A stretch of DNA of 64,000 nt from Rhynchopus sp. YZ270_cl-10 (lineage: Eukaryota): assembly GCA_964035575.1 (NCBI GenBank), contig OZ037836.1, positions 62,001-126,000 on the forward strand. The letters run 5' to 3'. Numbering within the stretch: position 1 is the first letter of the stretch; every line of letters starts with the position of its first letter. The notes below the pieces were generated by a model. The model was given only the letters and a program-made list of their open reading frames with translations, made no database searches and was not told the origin of the DNA. Of this stretch, positions 33,146 through 44,877 are shown piece by piece. The translations under genes and the position numbers were made by a program.

Positions 33146-33968
33146 GTGTTTCTTAAGGAATCCTTAAGGAATTACCGGTAATTCGGGTTACCGGTAACTT
33201 ATTTACCTCTCTGGGGGAATCCATCAAATTTGTACTCGGTATTTTTACTCGATTTTTGTTTTAATGAATTCAGAAACTTTAATCTGAATCCATTAAAACA
33301 AAAATCGAACAGAACGTCCTACTACACATTAGATCATAGCCAAATAGTTGCTGAGGTTACCTTTCAGGTGGGGGGGTTTATGGACTGACCCATATGCTGT
33401 TTATGGTGCGGACAATACAATGTGTTCGAATGACAAAGAATAGGGGGAGATTGAAATGTAGAACGTTGAACACTCACCCTAAATAATAATCATTCTGATG
33501 AACATACTACATACAACATTGTGGCAAATCAAAAGGAAATTATTACACATCCAACGGGTTTGCGGGTTTACGGGTTTGCACTCGACATTTGGATAAAGAG
33601 AACTATAGAGATGAAAGGGGGTTTGGGGGGAAGAGTATAATTATTGAACGCATCCCCACACTCACTGTGACTTAGTCACAAAGGAAAAATAAAAGAGAGA
33701 AAAAAGCAGTCCACATGATTTCGACCCTCTGAGTTTGGTAGTCGGCGGTGTTTCGCAGACCGCAAAACTCAGGATCAAAATCATGTGGACAGTTTGTCAT
33801 AATCAAAAGAAAAAATGGAAGAGAATAAAAAGGGGCACTGAGTTGTGCCTGAGAAGACTCCTCTGAATGGAGCAAAATTTGTTGTTGTTTTATAACCTGA
33901 ACATAAAGAGTTCAGTCAAGGCGCCTGTTATTGGTGTTGTGCTTTTTACGGGGATTCACCAAAAGCTA

Positions 33969-34958
33969 TCAGAACCAGGGTTCCTGCGGCTCAACCACCT
34001 CTGTGTGCACCTCTTCAATAGTGTATGCCCAGCCATCTGTGGTGTACGACACGCCTGCCTCCCCGACGTGGAAGACGTACTCAGTGACGAGGTGACTCGC
34101 GCTGCTCCGGAAGGAACCTCCATCTGTGCGCGTCGCAGTGTACCCAGGGTAGCGGTCCTGCAAGGTGTCGTTCGTGTTGTGCAGCTCAAACCCATGTTTT
34201 CTCACGATGGAGGGCAACATCAGGTACTGCTGTGCTTTCCGTTGGTTCCCATGACAGCTGATGTGGACTGTGCCACCCTTGGCGAGGCCCGTTCGGCACC
34301 ACGCAAACAGGCGATCCACAACCTTTGGGATGGGTGTTGCGTGATCGCCACAAGGACAGTTGAACTGCACCCTGGAGAACGTGCAGCCACTGGGCAAGCG
34401 ACTCGCGTCGAGCACACCCACCAGGACACCTAGCGCCTCCAGGATCCTGATGTTGCTGGCCGTGACTTTTCCCAGTTTTCTCCCAGTTTCACGTCTGACA
34501 CATATGTCGGTTGCCACCACTTGTGAGCACAGCCAGGGGTGCCGCATGCAGAAGGCCACAGCGAAGGAAAAGTTGCCTTCACCAAGAAGAAGGATGTCTC
34601 GGGTGCCGATGGCGTGTCTGTCGAGCTGGGGTATGGGTGGTACAGCGTGTTGATGTGGGGCGTGAGAGCTGTGTGGTTGGTAGCAGTTCTGCTCATGAGA
34701 GTTGCGATGCTGCTCTGTCAGGAACACTTTTCCTTGTTTCGACTTCGTGGCACCACACTTCCTGCACGGGAGCATGTCTCCTGCGCATAAAAAATGCCTA
34801 CCGTCGTACTCGCAGTGCCTGATCACACAACGCCCATTGCGCCCAGCTTTCAACAACTCTATTGCAGACGACGCCTTCCGCCACAAGTCCTCCACTGTGT
34901 CATCTGCATCCGCACGCACCTCAACTACGCCGAAACCCTTGATGTTCAGGATGTCCAT
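33969..34958 (-). CDS. Chimeric: partial ubiquitin-like N-terminus + zinc finger + DUF2431/Bmt5-like domain, no hydrophobic tail
   Basis: VEVRADADDTVEDLWRKASSA matches VEVGADDTVEDLRRKVASA of the Ubl-LRR genes. Confidence 0.78.
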   Translation of the reverse strand: MDILNIKGFGVVEVRADADDTVEDLWRKASSAIELLKAGRNGRCVIRHCEYDGRHFLCAGDMLPCRKCGATKSKQGKVFLTEQHRNSHEQNCYQPHSSHAPHQHAVPPIPQLDRHAIGTRDILLLGEGNFSFAVAFCMRHPWLCSQVVATDICVRRETGRKLGKVTASNIRILEALGVLVGVLDASRLPSGCTFSRVQFNCPCGDHATPIPKVVDRLFAWCRTGLAKGGTVHISCHGNQRKAQQYLMLPSIVRKHGFELHNTNDTLQDRYPGYTATRTDGGSFRSSASHLVTEYVFHVGEAGVSYTTDGWAYTIEEVHTEVVEPQEPWF

Positions 34959-35975
34959 GTCGTTATGGTGTTGTGTCCTGATCTCTGTGTCTGGTGGTGT
35001 GCTAGGTGATCAGGGTGTGAATAATATAGTAAGTGCATAATTGTCGGGGAGCATTGGAGCCACTGGACAATGAAGCCTGTTCGATTTAGGTTGCTTCCGG
35101 CTGGGCGCCTCCTCCTGTTTCGCTGTGGTGGCAAATAAATCGTAAATAATAGCGCTGGCAATGCGGCTGGGCTGCTCATTCTACTCTCCCTCGTTGGTGT
35201 TGTGTATTGTGGGGTCGTCTGCACAGATTGAGAATACGTGAAGAACGCACGGGCAGAAGGAGACAAGAAGTGTGTCGTATGTTTCCAGTAATTCCATTTT
35301 TCCTTCCAAACTTCACACACAACGCTTTTTGGTTTTTGGAAGACACACAAGGCGCCAGGTTTTATGATATGCACTGCACCTCTTTGTAATATTGTTTTCG
35401 TGAAATAGGTGGAGAAAGGTTTCGCACCTATCCCCTACTAGGGAATGCTGTTTTGATAATTTCAAAGTAAAAAAACCAGCGCGTTGCAAAACAGTAAGGA
35501 TGAAAAACGTTTCTGAATAATATTATGGCGGACAATACAATGTGTTCAAATGACAAAGAATAGGGGGAGATTGAAATGTAGAACGTTGAACACTCACCCT
35601 AAATAATAATCATTCTGACGTGAACACTGTGAACACAGTGTCAAATCAAAAGTTTATAAGATGACCCTAAGCCTCTCATTCTTAGTCACCTTATCATATT
35701 AGTTGAAAAATAAAAGAGAGAAAAAAAAGCAGTCCACATGATTCTGACCCTCTGAGTTTGGTAGTTGGCGGTGTTTTGCAGACCGCCAAACTCAGGATCA
35801 AAATCATGTGGATAGTTTGTCAAAATCAAAAGAAAAAATGGAAGAGAATAAAAAGGGGCACTGAGTTGTGCCTGAGAAGACTCCTCTGAATGGAGAAAAA
35901 TTTGTTGTTTTATAAAATGAACATAAAGAGTTCAGTCAAGGAGCATTTTTTTGGTGTTGTACTTTTTTTGGGGGT

Positions 35976-36911
35976 TCAAAACCAACGCTGCCCCCAATAC
36001 CAGGGTTTCTGCGGCTCAACCAGCATTGTGAACACCTCTTCAATAGTGTATGACGAGCCATCTGTGGTGTACGACACGCCTGCCTCCCCGATGTGGAAGA
36101 CGTACTCAGTGACGAGGTGACTCGCGCTGTTCCCGAAGGCACCTCCATCTGTGCGCGTCGCAGTGTACCCAGGGTAGCGGTCCTGCAAGGTGTCGTTCGT
36201 GTTGTGCAGCTCAAACCCATGTTTTCTCACGATGGAGGGCAACATCAGGTACTGCTGTGCTTTCCGTTGGTTCCCATGACAGCTGATGTGGACTGTGCCA
36301 CCCTTGGCGAGGCCCGTTCGGCACCACGCAAACAGGCGATCCACAACCTTTGGGATGGGTGTTGCGTGATCGCCACAAGGACAGTTGAACTGCACCCTGG
36401 AGAACGTGCAGCCACTGGGCAAGCGACTCGCGTCGAGCTCACCCACCAGTACACCCAGCGCCTCCAGGATCCTGATGTTACTGGTCGTGACTTTTCCCAC
36501 TTTTCTCCCAGTTTCACGTCTGATACATATGTCGGTTGCCACCACTTTTGAGCACAGCCAGGGGTGCCGCTTGCAGAAGGCCACAGCGAAGGAAAAGTTG
36601 CCCTCACCAAGAAGCAGGATGTCTCGGGTGCCGATGGCGTGTCTGTCGAGCCCATCGCTGTTGTAGCCGTCATGAGGAAAGGGAAAGGGAAGCCACTGGG
36701 GTATGGGTGGTACAGCGTGTTGATGTGGGGCGTGAGAGCTGTGTGGTTGGTAGCAGTTCTGCTCATGAGAGTTGCGATGCTGCTCTGTCAGGAACACCTT
36801 TCCTTGCTTCGACTCCGTGGCACCACACCTCCTGCAAGGGACAACTGTGTACCACACATACGCCCCGTTGCAGTACATAAGCTCATAACGCACGTTGCTA
36901 GCAGAGTACAT
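35976..36911 (-). CDS. Zinc finger + DUF2431/Bmt5-like domain, no hydrophobic tail
   Basis: CRRCGATES...HEQNC; LPFPFPHDGYNSDG shared with the RING gene at 14290; MTase motifs. Confidence 0.82.
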   Translation of the reverse strand: MYSASNVRYELMYCNGAYVWYTVVPCRRCGATESKQGKVFLTEQHRNSHEQNCYQPHSSHAPHQHAVPPIPQWLPFPFPHDGYNSDGLDRHAIGTRDILLLGEGNFSFAVAFCKRHPWLCSKVVATDICIRRETGRKVGKVTTSNIRILEALGVLVGELDASRLPSGCTFSRVQFNCPCGDHATPIPKVVDRLFAWCRTGLAKGGTVHISCHGNQRKAQQYLMLPSIVRKHGFELHNTNDTLQDRYPGYTATRTDGGAFGNSASHLVTEYVFHIGEAGVSYTTDGSSYTIEEVFTMLVEPQKPWYWGQRWF

Positions 36912-36939
36912 TATGTTATGCTGTCACAGCCTGTCAGAT

Positions 36940-37080
36940 GTGTGTCGTATGTTTCCAGTAATTCCATTTTTCCTTCAAAACTTCACACACAACGCTTTTT
37001 GGTTTTTAGGAGACACACAAGGTGCCAGGTTCTATGATAAGCACGGAACCACCCTGCACCTCTTTGTTATGCAATAGGGG
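36940..37080 (-). promoter_or_regulatory. Conserved ~140-bp upstream module of the ZnF gene family (one representative copy)
   Basis: CCTTCAAAACTTCACACACAACG...GGAACCACCCTGCACC also at ~11580, 21940, 29555, 32015 and 35300; usually 50-170 bp 5' of an ATG. Confidence 0.5.
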
Positions 37081-38761
37081 AAACGTTACGCGAAACTAGG
37101 GAAAGCTTTTTTTGATAATATCGAAGCAAAAAACCAGTGCGTTGCAAAACATGAAAGATGAAACGTTTCTGAATATGCTGTTTATGGTGCGGACAATACA
37201 ATGTGTTCGAATGACAAAGAATAGGGGGAGATTGAAACACTCACCCTAAATCAAAATCCTTCTGATGTGAACACCACAAAACTCAGGATCAAAATCATGT
37301 GGACAGTTTGTAAAAATCAAAAGAAAAAATGGAAGAGAATAAAAAGGGGCACTGAGTTGTGCCTGAGAAGACTCCTCTGAATGGAGCAAAAAGTTTTGTT
37401 TTATAAACTGAACATAAAGAGTTCAGTCAAGGCGCCTGATATTGGTGCTAATAGCAGCTATACTGTTTTATTTTTTTGTGTGTGGAAGCGTGCAATGCAA
37501 CAAACGGTCGAGATCAAGCCTGATCAAGCGAAACGGATATATTTTTAGGTTCAAAAATCGCTACTAGACTCTCTCTGTCTATGTAGTTGGAAGAGAAAAT
37601 TATTACGCGTCCACTCGACGTTTGGATAAAGAAAACTAGAGATGAAAGGGGGTTTGGGGGGAAGAGTTTAATTCTTGAACGCATCCCCACACTCAGTCAC
37701 ACAAGAGAAAAATAAAGTGAAGTTATTAATGCAGGCACCTCCGACTGACCCACGTACGATGCCAGCCATCCGGATGAAAGCACAAGTACCCTGCGGCCAA
37801 CAACAGAAGATGTAAAAAGGAACCTAATGACTGGCCCGTACCGTAAGAGAACGAGGGCGGTTCACAACCGCTCGACAGCCGGCGGCCCACCTTCCGTTGA
37901 AGAGTTGTGAGCTTACAGGTACTGCAGTTCGCTGCACCCAACGCTTGATGCACGATAGTCTACACAAGAGAGCAGAAACCCAAAAACACAAAAAGGGGTG
38001 GGCGGGGGGGTCACAACATCTCTCTCTTGGCGCCCCATGCTGTACCGACAGTTGGGCCTCACCCTTTCTCTTAGGGATATACATGGACGTCCTTACAGGC
38101 AGCACACCGTAACCCAAAGGCGTGGCAGAGAGACTCCGTAGAGCGACTCTGGCCTGACCGCTGGCCATTTATGCTCCGGGTGCGAGCACCCATCATAGCA
38201 TAGGGGGGCCAGCCTGACCCAGCATTTATATACCCTGCCAGGGTGAACTTGCATAAAAGAGGGCAGGGGCGTTTAGACCCTGAGGACTAGGGGAAGTCCC
38301 GCATACCCCAACAGAAAGAGAAAGGCTATGCACTGGTGATATAGGAGAGGCAGGGTTGCTGAAAAACAAAAAGACCCTGAAGGCACAAAAACGCCCCGCA
38401 TACCCCTCCTCGCCTCCTGTTTTGTAATCTCTCAGGTAGGAGACATCGGTTCGAGCGGTCAACACCTTCATAGAGTTTCTGGAGGAACGGACCCCCGGAT
38501 GCAATTTAAGGTCCAGCCCAGGACCAAATAAAAGGGAACACCGATTAGTGCTGAGAAGACTCCTCTGAATGGAGCCAAAAAGAAACACAGAAAAAAACTT
38601 AAAAAAACAAAACACACACCCCCACCCATTCCAACAAAGAACACACACATTATGAGGTTTATACGATATAGACATAGACACAGTTCACCTTTTCCCACAA
38701 CACGACACGCTGATAAGGTTTTTGTACTTACATCCAGGAAGGAGGGAGGGAGACATGAAAT

Positions 38762-39180
38762 TCAATGATACAGCTTCGTGAGAGGACGCGCATCGCCTAT
38801 CGGACAACGGTACACCCCTGACGGGGAGTCCCTCCAGCACAGCCTGCACATGGTGTAGCCCTGCTCGCACTGCATAGGCTCTTCCATCCACTCGTTGCAG
38901 TTGGGGCACACATACTCTTCTGGGAACAGCGTTGCTGCCTCTGTCTCGGAGGGTGTGTATGAAGAGTACCTCTTCATATGCAAGACCAGGCTCTTGTTTG
39001 GGTCCAGCTTCTCAGATTTGCAGTAGTTTTCGTGCATCGGGCATTTATAATACATACGGAAGCCCTCCCAACACAGCCTGCACATGGCATGCCCGTCCTT
39101 GCATTTCCGAGGCACTTCCATACTCATGTAGCAGTTGTGGCACTTAGTGGGAGCATCAGTCGTAGCCAGACGGAGTGCAG
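38762..39180 (-). pseudogene. 5'-truncated tandem RING-like gene fragment
   Basis: KCHNCYMSMEVPRKCKDGHAMCRLCW...CPMH and YVCPNCNEWMEEPMQCEQGYTMCRLCW...CPIG; abuts LRR-cluster spacer sequence at ~39200. Confidence 0.65.
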
Positions 39181-39499
39181 AAGAGCGTTTTGAGGAAGAC
39201 AGGGGAGAGGGCTCACTCAGAGGGATGACTTCTTTTTGTTTGTGATTTTGTGCTTTATTTGTTGAAAGCCTGATTGCAGTAGTGACATCTGAGGATAACG
39301 TCTACTGTGCAAAATGCTTTTCAGTTGTTTCTTTGATTTGTATTTTTGTTGATAAATTATTGGATTAGTGTAGTTGCGTCGGTTGTATTGCCACAGTTGT
39401 GCAATCTCCACGTCCCTTCTTTTCTCATTTGCTTTTATGTTCATTGTAAAAGGTTCCCCAAACAAGCTCACCCCCACATAATAGTGGTTCTCCCAAGTA

Positions 39500-40229
39500 C
39501 AGTCCTAACTCTAAATTATAGCATTTTAATTTATAGAATTCTAATTTGTAGTATTATAATTTATAGAATAAATAATTTATTTTAAGAATTTTTTGAGAGG
39601 GGAAAATAATTAATTAATTTTTTTTCAATTTTCCGGCGGAGCCGGAAAATTTTTTGATGGTATGGTATGGTGCAGCACCAACCGGGGGTCGGAGCCTCGG
39701 AGCACCTCCAGCACTTCTTCCCTTGCTCGATGACGTCGATAAGGGGAATCGTGCGGTCGGTGGTTGCCGCACGGACTCACATGTCGTTCGCCTGCATCGT
39801 CGTTGTCGCCCATGTCACGGAGAACGCGTTCATACCCGGAATGGGCAGCACAGATGAGGATTCTCTGCGCATCTTGACGACGAGTACTCTGGCGATAGCA
39901 CCGAAGCGCTTGGCTGTGATAGCCCAGCCGAGCTTGCGGGTCTTCTCCGTGAGCACAAGCAGACGTCGTCTCTCATCCGAGGTCAGCAACTGCTTCGGTC
40001 CCCTTGCGGCCGGACGAAAGTAGTCACCTTTCTCGCGCTTGTAGACGGCATATTTCGATATCACAGCAACTGAAATTTGGCGGTCTGGGGAACGGTAGGG
40101 GCTAGGTCACCCATCTATAATTTATAGAATCGCAATTTATGGATTTGTAATTTATAGATTAATTAATTAATTTTTGGCCATTTTTGGCCATTCTATAAAT
40201 TAGAAATCTATAAAATAGAGGTTGGACTG
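39500..40229 (-). mobile_element. Pogo/Tc1-mariner deletion derivative with TA duplication and HTH remnant
   Basis: TA|CAGTCCTAACTCTA ... TAGAGGTTGGACTG|TA. Empty site CCCAAGTAACCC at ~43006, 55962 and 58470. ORF 39777..40064 GPKQLLTSDERRRLL...RKLGWAIT resembles a CENP-B/Tc5 HTH. Confidence 0.85.
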
Positions 40230-40571
40230 TAACCCTTTTTGTATCCCTAGCCTCCTGTCCCCCATCCCTCCGTTCTTTGAACAAGATGTGTGTGGGTGGA
40301 TCCCATCCCTCTTCTCTTCTTCCCATTCTCCCTTCAAGGGAAGATCATGTGAACACAGGTCCGCTTCTAATCTAGGCAGACGTTATCCCAATCCTCCTGT
40401 CCCTCAACCCCTTTCCCTGCTTTATGCCTTCCATGATTTTGTGTCATTTATTTGTTTTGCAAAGTGTGCAGGCGAGTAGAGTAGGCAGTACCTACGGCCC
40501 CCTTCCCAACCTCCCTTCTTACCCCTCTTCCCGTCCTTCCCTTTATCCCCTCCCACCAGCACACCACGTCG

Positions 40572-42000
40572 TCATTGTGCGTGTCTCTGTCGTTTGTGGG
40601 CGTGATCGGGGGATTCGTCTCTGCTGCGTTTCGGACGTGCTTCAACCACAAGATGCCTCAGCTCCTCGCTCTCCCTTACTGTGTTGGCTTTTAACACAGC
40701 ACTGCTGCAGCCGGAAAGGTAAATACTCTTCAACGAAGTGCAGTTCTTAGCCAAATGCGTACCTACGGACTGAACCATGTTAAGTGGTGAGAGACCCAGG
40801 GTGGTTAAATACGTGCAGCCGTAAAGAAAGCTATCGCTAATCGCCGTCACGCGGCTGAGTGGTGCCAGATCCAGGGTGGTTAAAGATTCGCAGTCGTAAA
40901 GAAACTGACTCTGAATCCTCGTAACGTTGCTGAGTGGTGTCAGATCCAGGGTGGTTAAAGACTTGCAGCCGTAGAGAAAGCTATCGGCAATGTCCGTTAA
41001 GTTGTTGATTGGTGTCAGATCCAGGCTGGTTAATGATTGGCAGCCGATAAGAAAACCACTGCCAATCACCGTTACGTTACTGATTGGTGTCAGATCAAGG
41101 GTGGTTAAAGATGTGCAGTCGTAAAGAAAGCAACTCTTAATCCTGGTAACGTTGCTGATTGGTGTCAGATCCAGGGAGGTTAAAGACTTGCAGCCGTAGA
41201 GAAAGCTATCGCTAATCGCCGTCACGTGGCTGAGGGGTGTCAGATCCAGGCTGGTTAAAGAGTTGCAGTCTTCAAGAAAGAAACTGCCAATCACCGTCAC
41301 GTTGTTGAGGGGTGGCAGGTCCAGGGTGGTTAAACAGTCACAACCGGAAAGAAACTGACTCTCAATCCTCGTAACGTTGCTGAAGTGGTGTCAGATCCAG
41401 GGTTGGTAAAGCATCACAGCCGGAAAGAAATTTATCGCCAATCGCCGTCACGTTCTTGAGTGGTGTCAGATCCAGGGTGGTTAAAGATTCGCAGTCGTAA
41501 AGAAAGCCACTGCCAATCACCGTCACATTGCACAACCCAGAGAGGTCGATGCTTGTTAACGAGGTGCACATGTAGAGAAAGTCGTCGCCAATCTGTGTCA
41601 CAATGGACACAGCACTCAGATCAAGTGTTGTTAACGATGCCTCCCTCAAGAACCCATCAGGAATGACAGTCGCAACCTCCGCCTGCAGAAGCAAACACGC
41701 CACCTCAGGATCCTCCACCTCCTCCAACCGCTCTGCAGTGATGTCTGTCTCACCCAACGCATGAAGTGCTGCTATGGCTTCGTGCTTCTGTGTTTTCGTG
41801 AGGATGATTGTGTCACCAGCACTCAGCTGCGTCATGTCCGCTCCTTCTCCCATCGCTTCGTCTCCGAAACTCATGCAAAAGCTGTCTTTAGGCAACCCCA
41901 TTGCAGACGCCACCTTCCGCCGCAAGTCCTCCACTGTGTCATCTGCACCCACCTCGACTGTGTGCTGATTCGCTCTGAAATCCTCGAAGTGCACGTCCAT
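40572..42000 (-). pseudogene. Ubiquitin-like + 25-aa LRR (BspA-like) gene with a 1-nt frameshift at ~41383
   Basis: ORFs 41362..42000 and 40572..41300 join if the extra A in GCTGAAGTGG (other repeats GCTGAGTGG) is removed. Could be a sequencing error. Confidence 0.8.
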
Positions 42001-43348
42001 TTGTTTGTTGTGGTTTTGTGTTCTGAGCTCTGTGTGTGGTGGTGGGGTGTGGAGGATAAGACAAGAAACACCACATTTTGCAGGGTTTCAACCCTGAACA
42101 AATGTTCGAAAACGTCGTTATTAGCGTATTCTGCAGTTCCTCCGTTCGTACGGTGGTTCCTCTTCCCCGTGGGTGAGGCTATGTGGAGTAAATCCCTGCG
42201 CCACTGATCTGGGAGAACGAAATGAATATTGCTGCAAGTTGATGCCATCACAGTAGATGGCGTGCACATGCGTGCCCTGAGACACACGCCAATGAAGGCC
42301 TCTACGCAATGCTGCCACCACCTCGACGTCTCTCTCTCGCACTCTGCAGCGTCCACCTCTCCATTCTACAGCGTCTGCTGCCAGCACGCACCATACTGCT
42401 CCCGTACATGCTCGTCAAGGTACGCAACCCCCTATGGCAGTCCAGTCATGGCAGTACCCCTGCTGTGGACCACGTAAGGCCATCCGTCAAGCAGGATCGC
42501 CCATCCAACGCCTTCAGTGCGTGCAGCTCTGCTGCGTGGTTGCTCAGCTCCCGAATGGTGTAATAACAGTTGACGCGCATCCTCAGAGTGCGAGAGTGTG
42601 GTGTAGTGTACCCAATACAAGGACCGTGTCGGGACAAATGGGTGGTTGGGGTGTATCAGACATAGTGTGTGCGTAGAGCGAGAAATGTGTTTCATAATGC
42701 AAAAGTAAAAAGAGGGGAGAGGGCTCACTCAGAGGGATGACTTCTTTTTGTTTGCGTTTTTGTGTTGTTTTTGTTGAAAACCTGATTGCAGTAGTGACAT
42801 CTGAGGATAACGTCTACTGTGCAAAATGCTTTTCAGTTGTTTCTTTGATTTGTATTTTTGTTGATAAATTATTGGATTAGTGTAGTTGCCTCGGTTGTGT
42901 TGCCACAGTTGTGCAATCTCCACTTTCACTTCTTTTCTCATCTGCTTTTTTGTTCATTGTAAAAGGTTCCCCAAAACAAGCTCACCCCCACATAATAGTG
43001 TTTCTCCCAAGTAACCCTTTTTGTATCCCTAGCCTCCTGTCCCCCATCCCTCCGTTCTTTGAACAAGATGTGTGTGGGTGGATCCCATCCCTCTTCTCTT
43101 CTTCCCATTCTCCCTTCAAGGGAAGAAAATAATATAACCTACATGGGGTGTCCCCAACCCCGGTGAAATCCGGGCGAAATCGGGTGAAATCGGGCGAAAT
43201 CGGGCAAAAACAGGGTTTTTTGGCTTCTGTGAGGGTTTGGCCCAGTAAAACACCCAGAAACCGCGCTTTTCGAGATTTCCGGGCTGGGTCTGGGTGAAAT
43301 AAAAAAAAAATCGGCCACTTTCGTTGAGCAGAACCCCTTTAGGTGACT

Positions 43349-43795
43349 CACAGTACACAGTACACAGTACACAGTACACAGTACACAGTACACAGTACAC
43401 AGTACACAGTACACAGTACACAGTACACAGTACACAGTACACAGTACACAGTACACAGTACACAGTACACAGTACACAGTACACAGTACACAGTACACAG
43501 TACACAGTACACAGTACACAGTACACAGTACACAGTACACAGTACACAGTACACAGTACACAGTACACAGTACACAGTACACAGTACACAGTACACAGTA
43601 CACAGTACACAGTACACAGTACACAGTACACAGTACACAGTACACAGTACACAGTACACAGTACACAGTACACAGTACACAGTACACAGTACACAGTACA
43701 CAGTACACAGTACACAGTACACAGTACACAGTACACAGTACACAGTACACAGTACACAGTACACAGTACACAGTACACAGTACACAGTACACAGT
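43349..43795 (+). repeat. (CACAGTA)n 7-bp satellite, ~64 copies
   Basis: Read directly. Confidence 0.98.
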
Positions 43796-44530
43796 TTGGG
43801 TGGGTATTGGCACAAACCATTGTAGGTACACGCGCCAATAACGTTCAACCCGCTCCTCCAGGCTGTTTCCTAATTCTGGAAATTTTCCGGAAAATTCCGA
43901 CATCTGGAAGCAAATATTTTCCCTGAAAAAAAGTGGGCTCCAAAACATGCCGCGATTGGCGTTTCCGGAATCCGTCCGCGCTGTGGTGGGGTCACTTTGC
44001 CGAAATGGCCAAGTTCTTGGTTTTGGTCAAACCCCGCCCAAGCTCCCCACCGCCAACCCAAAAAAAGGAATTTTTGAAATCCGGGCGAAATCGGGTGAAA
44101 TCGGGTGAAATCGGGTGAAATTGGGTTCAGGTGGGCACAGGTGGGCCCAGGTGGGCTCTAGGGGGGCGATTGTGGGCTGGTCGCGGGACACCACACTACA
44201 TTCTCGAACTTTTCTACTGACGTGTTGTTTTGAAAAACGAGAAACGCTAATTGTATTTATGGCCCCACTCTGTGAGTATTGATTGAATTGGAGTCGGGGA
44301 CGAAATTGAAACCGCACTCCTACTTTTCCTTTTTATGTTTTCCCCCACCCCCGCAAACAATAAAGCAATAAAAACAATAAAGACAAAAGGGAGAGGTTGT
44401 GGTGAAACGCACACACCTCGACCTGTCGGTGAAATGTGGCTCTACCCCAACCCGCCCCGGATTAGAAAAATGGAAAAAAGGATGGGAGTAGGGTACGGTG
44501 TTCAATTTCCTTTTAGCATTGCATGTAATC

Positions 44531-44877
44531 AAAATGAAATACCCCCCCCTTCTTTACTTATTAGTTGTTTGTTGATCGCATCCATCCTCGTCCGTACTTC
44601 AGGTAAAGCACACAGTACTTTTGGTGGTTTGAAACACCCTTTGTGAAAGCAGTCCGCACTAAAGTCAGATGTCCGCTCTGCACTATTCTCTATTTCTTCT
44701 TCTTATTTTTTATATTTTTTTTTCAAACCCCAAAAGTCCCGAAATACCCCGAAAACCCGCGTCCTGAAGTACGGGGGAGAGGTGGAGCACAAAAAAGGGG
44801 GGAAGGGGAAACGGTAAGACTCATGGCACCCAAGAAGAACGCGTCTTTCATTTCCAGACGTATTGCATACTCGTACA
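44531..44877 (-). mobile_element. Solo A-spacer-B remnant of the YR retrotransposon
   Basis: Reverse complement matches 20054-20369 with divergence and ~50 bp extra after the A tract. Confidence 0.88.

Noticed and set aside
43116..43948. ORFs of 160-269 aa (VYCVLCT and STQYTVH repeats), and likewise at 62905-63627
   Set aside because: Stop-free satellite translations in several frames.
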